From Sumerlaeia bacterium (GTDB lineage Bacteria; Sumerlaeota; Sumerlaeia; SLMS01; JAHLLQ01): a stretch of DNA of 13,460 nt. The notes beneath the pieces were generated by a model. The model was not told where the DNA came from and ran no database searches. It saw only the letters and a program-made list of their open reading frames with translations. The DNA lies in assembly GCA_040219255.1 (NCBI GenBank), contig JAVJSW010000047.1:1-13460 (forward strand), read 5' to 3'. Every line of letters begins with the position of its first letter. Within the stretch, counting starts at the first letter, position 1. Of this stretch, positions 6,866 through 13,460 are shown in pieces. The position numbers and the translations under genes are program-made.

Positions 6866-7933
6866 ATGCACCAGACTCCAGCTACAGCAACCGCTGCTCC
6901 GAAGTGGGCCGCACTGGTAAACGACCGTATCGTCTCCCTACCGCGCCAGCGCGTGCCGGCGACGGTGATCCGCCACCAGGCGGGCGTTCTCGCCGACCAT
7001 GCCCTGGTTCGCGACCACAACTCGCCGGACGATCCCTTCATCGAAGACAACGCTGCGCTCGATCTGGCGCATGGCAACGTCTTCTACAGCGTTCCCGCCT
7101 GTGAGGTGAAACCCCGCCCGCACTGTGCCAGCGAGCCAAAGCGGGCGTATTTCGTCGATGACCGCTGGGAACTCGCCAGTCCTGTTGCCCAAACCGGGCG
7201 CTCGATCCGCGAACTCTTCGGACTCAACGGCGATGTCGAATTGCTGCGTGACCTCGAATCCCCAAACGACACACCGGTCGGTCTCGACGATCCGGCAATC
7301 TTCGGCGACGGTCCGGTGTTCCGTACTCGCAAGGGCACCGCGACGCTGAAGATTTTCGTGAATAACCAGCCCTTCACCGAAGCGGACGGTGTTCGCCGGG
7401 AAATGACTGGCAAGCAGATCGCCGCCCTGGTCGGGATGACCCCCAATGCCGCCGAGATCTCCCGTGTGGAAGGTTCGGTCCAGATTGCCGGTGGTGATAC
7501 GGTCAAGATCGAGAACTGTCAGCACTTCCGCGTCATCAAGAAGTGCGTGATCGCGGGCTTCGAGTCGTCCCGTGTCGAACGTGAACTCGCGCGTCTCCGA
7601 GAGGGGGGCGCGCGGGTCACTTTGGTCGCCAACCCAGATGGCGTCATTTTTCACGATCTGCCCGCCCTCGACGGAACGACGGTCGACGTCCTCGTCAGCG
7701 TGCCATCGGGCTACCCCGGGGGCATGTTGGACAATGCCTTCCTGCCCAAGGATTCTCCGCTGCTGAACGTGCTTCTTGGTGGTGTCCAGCACGCCATCTT
7801 CGCGAATGGTCGCGAGTGGATTCAGAAGAGCCTGCACCCGCACAATGCGCCCGGGAACCAGTGGGACAAGAACAGGCACGGCTTTCACACCTACTACGGG
7901 GAGATGCTCGCATGGGTATCGAAGCGCCAGTGA
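6866..7933 (+). CDS. Multi-ubiquitin-domain (3x beta-grasp) protein fused to a prokaryotic E2/UBC-like domain (BubAB-like), 355 aa
   Basis: AGGAGG at 6851-6856, ATG at 6866. Three internal repeats (LVNDR...RDHNSPDD...GNVFYS; FVDDR...TGRSIRELFG...RDLESPND...GPVFRT; IFVNNQ...MTGKQIAALVG...QHFRV) end in VIAG. They are followed by an E2-like VDVLVSVPSGYP...LDNAFL...GREWIQKSLH...W...FHTYY. Confidence 0.85.
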   Translation: MHQTPATATAAPKWAALVNDRIVSLPRQRVPATVIRHQAGVLADHALVRDHNSPDDPFIEDNAALDLAHGNVFYSVPACEVKPRPHCASEPKRAYFVDDRWELASPVAQTGRSIRELFGLNGDVELLRDLESPNDTPVGLDDPAIFGDGPVFRTRKGTATLKIFVNNQPFTEADGVRREMTGKQIAALVGMTPNAAEISRVEGSVQIAGGDTVKIENCQHFRVIKKCVIAGFESSRVERELARLREGGARVTLVANPDGVIFHDLPALDGTTVDVLVSVPSGYPGGMLDNAFLPKDSPLLNVLLGGVQHAIFANGREWIQKSLHPHNAPGNQWDKNRHGFHTYYGEMLAWVSKRQ

Positions 7934-9441
7934 ACATCGACCTGGACTCGGAAAGGTACGCGCTCCTTCGCATCTCGGGCTCTGCCCGCCGCGAACTGGA
8001 AAAACTCGTGTTCAGCAGGCATCCCGAACGCGAATGGGGGACCTTCTTCATGTTCGGCTTTCGCCGTACTCCGTGGGGCTGTGCGCTCAGCTACGTTTCC
8101 GCTGCTCCACCACTGCCTGGCGATCTCGACCGAAACACCCACGTCGTCAAGATTCGCAGCGGCTACACTTTCCGCGCGATGGGGTTGCTGGATACCAGCC
8201 CCCTGGGCATCGGCGTCGTCCATTCCCATCCCCAAGGCCGGGGAACGATCCCAAGTCCATTGGACGACAAGATGGACCGGTACTTCGGAACCGAACTCTT
8301 CCTGGGCTACGGCGTGGGCAATGAACGCCCCTATTCCAGTCTGATCCTGAATCGTCGCGAAGACGGTACGTTGGAGTTTTCCGGTCGGGTCAGGTTCGAC
8401 GGGCGTTGGATAGCGGTGCGTGAATTCCTCATCGTCGGCGACGCCCTGGAACGCATTTCATCACACCAAAATTCCGGATTCTTCCAAAGGAACGAAGGTC
8501 TTTCCGAGTCAACCACCGCTAGGCTGGAAAGTCTCCTGGGCTCGACCTCTCGCGATCGCCTACAACGTGCCGTTGTTGGCATTGTGGGATGCAGCGGGAC
8601 CGGATCGCCTGCCGTCGAAGCCCTCGCCCGGGCCGGTGTGGGCGAGCTCGTACTGGTCGATCCCCAACGCCTCAGCCCGTCAAACCTCGAGCGTGTTCAC
8701 GGCAGCACGCTCGCTGACGTTTCCGCACTCGAACCGCCGTACAAGGTGGCGTGCATGGCTCGGATGATCCGGGCGATAAATCCCGACTGCCGCGTCAGAA
8801 GCATCGTGGGCAATGTTCTCGATGACGAAGTGCGCGATGAGTTCCTGCGCTGCGATTTGATCCTCGGCTGCTCAGACACCCATCATGCTCGTGCCGCACT
8901 TGGCGACCTGTGCGCCCTTTATCTGGTCCCTTCGCTGGACGTTGGCGTTCAGATGGATGGGCGCGGGGGGAAAGTCTCCAGCCAAACTGCCGAAGTGCTC
9001 AAGCTCTCGCCGGACCTGCCGTGCCCCTTCTGCCACGGACGCATTTCTCCTGTCGCACTAAGCCAGGAGTTGATGAGTGAGGAAGAGCGAGTACAGCGCC
9101 AGCAAGCCGCACAGGAAGCACGCGAGCAGGGTGGAAACCCTGGCGTGTACTGGGCGGATGAGCCTCAACTGCACACAGTCGGGTATCTCACAACCGTTCT
9201 GGGGGCGATGGCAGCAGGCTACGCAATTGGCTGGATGACGGGGTCCTTCGGGATGCCGGGGGATCGGTTTCAGTTCGATCTGAGCAAGCCGAGCTTCGCC
9301 TTCGCACTGGCTCCGGGATCACGAAAGCCCGACTGCACCTGCGGGATGCTGCAAGGCTACAGCGATCAAGGCCGGGCCGACTTCAGCATTTCAAGACCGG
9401 GGCATTGGTCGGCGCCGGTAATCATCGAAGCCTCCCATTGA
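7912..9441 (+). CDS. JAB/JAMM peptidase fused to ThiF/E1-like adenylyltransferase (BubCD-like)
   Basis: JAB: EWGTF...VVHSHPQGRGTIPSPLD (E...HxH-x7-S-x2-D). E1: VGIVGCSGTGS, LVDPQRLSPSNLERVHG, YKV, GCSD, and candidate Zn ligands CPFC and CTC. Start is ATG 7912 (GGGGAG upstream) or GTG 7930 (GTGA overlap). Confidence 0.92.
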   Translation: MGIEAPVNIDLDSERYALLRISGSARRELEKLVFSRHPEREWGTFFMFGFRRTPWGCALSYVSAAPPLPGDLDRNTHVVKIRSGYTFRAMGLLDTSPLGIGVVHSHPQGRGTIPSPLDDKMDRYFGTELFLGYGVGNERPYSSLILNRREDGTLEFSGRVRFDGRWIAVREFLIVGDALERISSHQNSGFFQRNEGLSESTTARLESLLGSTSRDRLQRAVVGIVGCSGTGSPAVEALARAGVGELVLVDPQRLSPSNLERVHGSTLADVSALEPPYKVACMARMIRAINPDCRVRSIVGNVLDDEVRDEFLRCDLILGCSDTHHARAALGDLCALYLVPSLDVGVQMDGRGGKVSSQTAEVLKLSPDLPCPFCHGRISPVALSQELMSEEERVQRQQAAQEAREQGGNPGVYWADEPQLHTVGYLTTVLGAMAAGYAIGWMTGSFGMPGDRFQFDLSKPSFAFALAPGSRKPDCTCGMLQGYSDQGRADFSISRPGHWSAPVIIEASH

Positions 9442-9707
9442 AGCAGGAGAAAATTGGGCGAAAACGGCCCGCCAAAGGCCCAGGAGCCCCCGGCAATGGT
9501 GACGATCAACAAACGCGCAACCATCCCGCCGCCGGACCCAGCCCTGGCGCAGAAACAGGAAGTCGCTAATTAGCAGCACCCGGGTGTCTCAAATGATTGA
9601 CAGGTTCCGTTATACAAGTTTTTGCACAATTGACCCTCATCCCTTTTTCGTACCAGCTCCAGGGAGTTCGCAAGAGCTTCGTTAAACGCCAGATTATCGG
9701 CACCTCC

Positions 9708-10415
9708 TCACCGCCCCCCATGCTCCGCCAGCAGATTCCGCATCCACGCCGGTCCCCGGTGGCGCCAGCGGGGGTCTTGGGCTTTGGGGTGGCCGTCAGG
9801 TCCGGTTGACCAAGTGAGGGCGACTTCATCGTAGCTCTCGTCCTCGCCACGAGCCCGGCTTTCCGGAGGATAGTGCTCGACGATGACGAGGTTTTCACCT
9901 GCAAGTCCAAGCTCCCGCGCGGTGCTCGCTGCCAGTTCCTCGATGGCGTGTGTCACACTTCGCCCCTGGTTGTCGGGGCGTTCGGTGAAAATCGCCAGCA
10001 AGCGCCCGTCTGCCATGGGGTAGAGGGTCCGGTCGCAATGCGCCTGTCCCCCCTGATAGGTCATGCGACGCGGGGCGCCGGCCTCAAAGTTCGCCGTCCG
10101 TTCCCGTTCTCTTTGCCGCTGAACCCGGTGGAAAACCATCAGGGGCAGCGTCAGCTTGTTCTTTCCCACGCGCACTTCGACCATCTCGCCGCCTGGCGGC
10201 ACTTCCACCCGAAATCGCAGGGTGTCTTTGGCGGGATCACCGTCGGGGCCGCGCCCCAGGCGAATGGCTTGGATGAGCCGCGACCCGTCGGCAAACTCCC
10301 GCAAAGCAATGTCGCGCACCGAAACCTGGTCACGGCCACAGAGGATGACTTCTTCGACAAAGCTATTGGCGGCTTCGATCTCCGATGGAGCCGGGGCGTT
10401 TTCGGGGTTCGTCAT
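9708..10415 (-). CDS. Hypothetical protein, probably co-transcribed with the DUF1016 gene
   Basis: Starts 3 nt after the DUF1016 stop with GGAG upstream. Globular-looking C-terminal region (FTERPDNQGRSVTHAIEELA...IVEHYP...SYDEVALTW...PRW). Confidence 0.8.
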   Translation of the reverse strand: MTNPENAPAPSEIEAANSFVEEVILCGRDQVSVRDIALREFADGSRLIQAIRLGRGPDGDPAKDTLRFRVEVPPGGEMVEVRVGKNKLTLPLMVFHRVQRQRERERTANFEAGAPRRMTYQGGQAHCDRTLYPMADGRLLAIFTERPDNQGRSVTHAIEELAASTARELGLAGENLVIVEHYPPESRARGEDESYDEVALTWSTGPDGHPKAQDPRWRHRGPAWMRNLLAEHGGR

Positions 10416-10418
10416 GGG

Positions 10419-11513
10419 TTAGTCCTCCAACTCCTCCGACAATTCCGCCTCGATCTCCGCGATCGAGGGCAGGCTCGAGGCCAGGTCTTGGGGAAGAGCT
10501 GTTGTCAGCTCGTAGTCCGAAACGCCGATGGGTTTGTGGATGTCGCGCAGGGCGTACTCGGCCAGGACGCGGTCTTTCGTCTGGCAGAGGATCAGGCCGA
10601 TGGTGGGCTGGTCCTGATCGTGGCGCAGGAGGTCGTCCACGGCCGAGCAGTAGAAGTTCATCTTGCCGGCGTACTCGGGGCGGAATTTACCGCGCTTCAG
10701 CTCGATCACCACGAAGCAGCGCAGCTTCAGGTGATAGAACAGCAGGTCGATGTAGAATTCTTCCTCGCCAACCGTCAGCGGGTACTGGCGGCCGACGAAG
10801 GCGAAACCCTGCCCCAGCTCGAGGAGGAACTTCTCCAGGTGGCGCACCAGGCCGCTTTCCAGCTCCCGCTCGCGAAACGGCTCGTCGAGCGTCAGAAAAT
10901 CGAAGACGTAGGGGTCTTTGAGCATTTCTTCCGCCAGCGCCGACTGGGGCGGGGGCAGGCTTTGGTCGAAGTTGGTGACGGCGGCGCCCTGGCGCTCGTG
11001 GGCACGGGCCTTGATCATCGCCCCCAGCGTATCGCGGGACCAGCCTTGGGCGAGGGTCTGCCGGGCGTACCAGAGGCGGGTGGCGGGGTCGCCGGCCCGT
11101 TGCAGGAGCAGCAGATTGTGCGCCCAGGGAATGCAGGCGAACACCGAATCGCTGGCTGCAAGTTCCGTGTCTTCAGTAGGCGATTGCGGATTCTCCAATT
11201 GTGCAACGGGCCGTTGCACAATTGGAAAGAGGCCTGGGTGGGCCTCGCGAAACTGAACCATCGCGTAGAGATTGCGCTTCGAAAACCCCTTCACCTCCGG
11301 CAGTTCGTTCTTCAGATCGCTCGCCAACCGGGCGAGGAACCCGGCGCCCCAGCCCGCCTCGTCGCGGCGTTCGGCGATCAGGCCGCCCACTTCCCAATAG
11401 AGGCGCACCAGTTCGCTCTGCACGGCCTGGCTGGCCCGGGTCTGGGCGTGGCGCACCCGTGCCTTGATGTCCCCGAGAAGATGACCGTAGGCCGCGAGGT
11501 CGTCTTTCGTCAT
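10419..11513 (-). CDS. DUF1016/YhcG family PD-(D/E)XK nuclease-domain protein
   Basis: LYWEVG, KGFSKRNL, IPWAHN, LKDPYVFDFL, FLLELGQGFAFVGRQY, YIDLLFYHLKLRCFVVIELK, YAGKMNFY, PTIGLILC, PIGVSDY: characteristic family motifs. Confidence 0.95.
   Translation of the reverse strand: MTKDDLAAYGHLLGDIKARVRHAQTRASQAVQSELVRLYWEVGGLIAERRDEAGWGAGFLARLASDLKNELPEVKGFSKRNLYAMVQFREAHPGLFPIVQRPVAQLENPQSPTEDTELAASDSVFACIPWAHNLLLLQRAGDPATRLWYARQTLAQGWSRDTLGAMIKARAHERQGAAVTNFDQSLPPPQSALAEEMLKDPYVFDFLTLDEPFRERELESGLVRHLEKFLLELGQGFAFVGRQYPLTVGEEEFYIDLLFYHLKLRCFVVIELKRGKFRPEYAGKMNFYCSAVDDLLRHDQDQPTIGLILCQTKDRVLAEYALRDIHKPIGVSDYELTTALPQDLASSLPSIAEIEAELSEELED
11194..11226. repeat. 33-bp palindrome (16-1-16) inside the DUF1016 gene
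   Basis: TCCAATTGTGCAACGG-g-CCGTTGCACAATTGGA, perfect arms. Confidence 0.9.
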
Positions 11514-11580
11514 CGGGAAAGCCCTTCCACATTGAGAAAAAAGAGCTTACTATGGGGCACTGGCGGAAGCAACCCCCACC

Positions 11581-11618
11581 GCTTGGGGTCCGTGGCATTG
11601 GAGGCATGGACCCCAAGC
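11581..11618. repeat. Inverted repeat/hairpin upstream of the DUF1016 gene
   Basis: GCTTGGGGTCC (11581-11591) pairs with GGACCCCAAGC (11608-11618). Confidence 0.7.
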
Positions 11619-12158
11619 GCAAAGCCGACTTCCGTGGTTCAGCGCCCGAAAATTTTCTTTCAAGATTTTTGCGAATCGATTTTTGGTGTTTAAAAATATG
11701 ATTGTTGCAGGATGACTTCCTCCATTTCGCGCACAGCCAATTTCAATTATTGAGATTACAAAGACTTGCCCTTTCTCATAAGCGGAAAAACATTGCATTG
11801 CATGCAATGCCCGGGAAAGGCCGTAGGTACCAGTTGGTTCGACAGCTTAGTAATTGGCGAACAGGAAAAATTGTGGGTCCTCAAAAATTCTAGTTGCGTA
11901 CACACTAGTGAAGCAGTTTCTTATTACCATTGCTCATCCCTAGGCTTCCCTGTGAAGCGAGGTTGATGGCGCTTCCATTTCCTGCACAGCGGAAACTCCT
12001 CGGATTTTCCACATCACATTTGACGACCGAACGGGCGGATTACTCATTCTACACTCCTTAATGCAAATAGTTGCAGTCAAGTGGTTGTAATTCTGGGTAA
12101 CTCCCGCTGAAACCTTCAACCCCCAACCTCGATCAGCATGTCTCAGGAGGCATCACTC

Positions 12159-13460
12159 ATGCGAAACCAACTCCTTCCCATCGCCCTCGCGGCCTGCTCT
12201 CTTTCCCTCGCCCCCCAGGCCCACGCCGCTTGCACCGCGTCCACCCTCACGCCCCTCGCCGATGCCTCGGGCTGTGACTCCTGTGGCGGCTTCCTCCTCC
12301 CCGGAAGTCTCCACGACGACCCCAACACCACCTACTACATCAACTCCGACCTCCCAGAGCAGTTCCAAGGCACCGGCATCCTCTACTCCACCGAGGACCA
12401 ACTCCCCCCCAACGGCACCTCCAGCTCCTCGCTCCGCACCCAGACCAAAAACGGCTTCACCTACATCGACGACAATTTTGACATCTTCCTCTTCCACATC
12501 GAAGGCCAAGGCGGCAGCCAGGGCAAACGCATGGTCGTTTACGCCAAAAACGTCGGCTCTAACACCGTCACCGTCGATCCCAAGCAAGTCATGGTCACCG
12601 ACGGCATCATCCTCGCCGTTCACGAAATGGAAAATGACCTGGCCGAGAAGGTCATGAACGATGATTGGGACACCCCCGTCTCCAGCATGAACATCGCGCC
12701 GGGCCAAGGCAACGTCATCGCCTACTCCAAACGCTTCGACATGTCGAGCAGCGGCACCGACAAGAGCCAGAACATCAACTGCTTTGGCCGCGTCCGCGCC
12801 GATGTTTCGGGCTCCAACCCCAAACTCGAAGTCTACGTCATGGCCATCGACGACGCCGCGATTTCGGAGAATCAGTCCCGCGCCGAAGCTCTGCTCAACT
12901 CCGGCGCCACCAATGATGAAAGCGTCATCGACCTCAACACCGCCCCGGGGTCCTGCGAAACGCGCCGCGCTCTCGGTGTCTTCCCCAGCAAGCAGTGGCG
13001 TAACGACGCTATCACGGTGGACGTCAACGAACTCGGCATGGACGGCGTCAACTTCCGCATGGCCCTCTCCGAGGTCCAAAGCGCCGGTTGCTCAGCCGGC
13101 CGCCAGACCGCTGACGCCCTCCTCTATCCCGGCTTCGCGCCCGCGGATAACGTCGGCAACTACATGATGGATTACTATCTCAAGCTCAAGTTCACGAACC
13201 TGAACTCCGCCAACCCCCGCACCTTCGACCTCAACTTCGGCAAAGACACGGCCGACATCGGCCTCGCCTGGCGCGTTGTCACCACCAACTCCCAGCCCTC
13301 CGACTCGACCATCGACAACGCCACGCTGCGCATCGACTGGGCCGGGCCGAAGCAGTCCACCAATCACGTCTCCTTCTTGGAGAACGATGGCGGCGTCATC
13401 ACCCTTGAGCCCTGCGAAGAAAAATGGGTCGGCATCCACTTCCAGATCGTCGGCAACTCC
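12159..13460 (+). CDS. Secreted protein, DUF3370-like, 3'-partial (at least 434 aa)
   Basis: AGGAGG at 12145-12150, ATG at 12159. Signal peptide MRNQLLPIALAACSLSLAPQAHA-A. Frame is open to the window end with strong C bias at third codon positions. Motifs LPGSL...INSDLPE...GILYST...FDIFLFHI...GNYMMDYYLKLKFTN recall DUF3370; the family call is tentative. Confidence 0.85.
   Translation, partial: MRNQLLPIALAACSLSLAPQAHAACTASTLTPLADASGCDSCGGFLLPGSLHDDPNTTYYINSDLPEQFQGTGILYSTEDQLPPNGTSSSSLRTQTKNGFTYIDDNFDIFLFHIEGQGGSQGKRMVVYAKNVGSNTVTVDPKQVMVTDGIILAVHEMENDLAEKVMNDDWDTPVSSMNIAPGQGNVIAYSKRFDMSSSGTDKSQNINCFGRVRADVSGSNPKLEVYVMAIDDAAISENQSRAEALLNSGATNDESVIDLNTAPGSCETRRALGVFPSKQWRNDAITVDVNELGMDGVNFRMALSEVQSAGCSAGRQTADALLYPGFAPADNVGNYMMDYYLKLKFTNLNSANPRTFDLNFGKDTADIGLAWRVVTTNSQPSDSTIDNATLRIDWAGPKQSTNHVSFLENDGGVITLEPCEEKWVGIHFQIVGNS

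Noticed and set aside
6938-7888. 316-aa minus-strand ORF
   Set aside because: Antisense to the Ubl-E2 gene, which has an RBS, internal repeats and operon coupling.
5652-9441. CBASS assignment, or a thiamine/molybdopterin biosynthesis ThiF/MoeB role
   Set aside because: No CD-NTase or effector gene and no biosynthetic genes are present; the domain order (Ubl3-E2, JAB-E1) differs from Cap2/Cap3.
9438-9569. 43-codon TTG ORF overlapping the E1 stop, a possible third operon gene
   Set aside because: Short, low-complexity, no RBS or recognisable motif.
9873-11693. 606-aa plus-strand ORF
   Set aside because: Antisense shadow of the DUF1016 and hypothetical genes; no recognisable motifs. Long shadow ORFs are common in GC-rich DNA.
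12020-12055. TTGACG as a -35 element for the last gene
   Set aside because: No convincing -10 hexamer at 16-18 bp spacing.
12153-13439. Minus-strand ORFs 12153..13079 and 13092..13439
   Set aside because: Shadows of the plus-strand secreted-protein gene, caused by its C-ending codon bias.
1-13460. CRISPR array, tRNA/rRNA, IS transposase, integron attC array
   Set aside because: No regularly spaced repeat-spacer units, RNA gene signatures or transposase motifs were seen. The recombinase lacks an evident IntI-specific insertion.

Overview
GC-rich bacterial accessory region with four blocks. (1) 1-2869: the end of an Rhs polymorphic-toxin array, with two core/toxin-tip modules each followed by a lower-GC candidate immunity gene. 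(2) 3050-5464: a tyrosine recombinase transcribed divergently from a Phd-PIN toxin-antitoxin pair, with two dif/loxP-like inverted-repeat sites between them, followed by a 33-codon DUF1016 stub. (3) 5652-9441: an XRE-HTH repressor plus an ImmA/IrrE metallopeptidase (CapH/CapP-like), divergent from a two-gene ubiquitination-like operon. This operon encodes a triple-Ubl-E2 fusion whose E2 has no cysteine, and a JAB-E1(ThiF) fusion. It is the most notable system in the window and resembles Bub-type, probably anti-phage, operons. (4) 9708-13460: a hypothetical gene and a full DUF1016/YhcG nuclease gene containing a 33-bp palindrome, an AT-rich intergenic region, and a secreted DUF3370-like protein that runs off the window end and is absent from the ORF track. 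All family calls come from motif recognition by eye; no searches were run.
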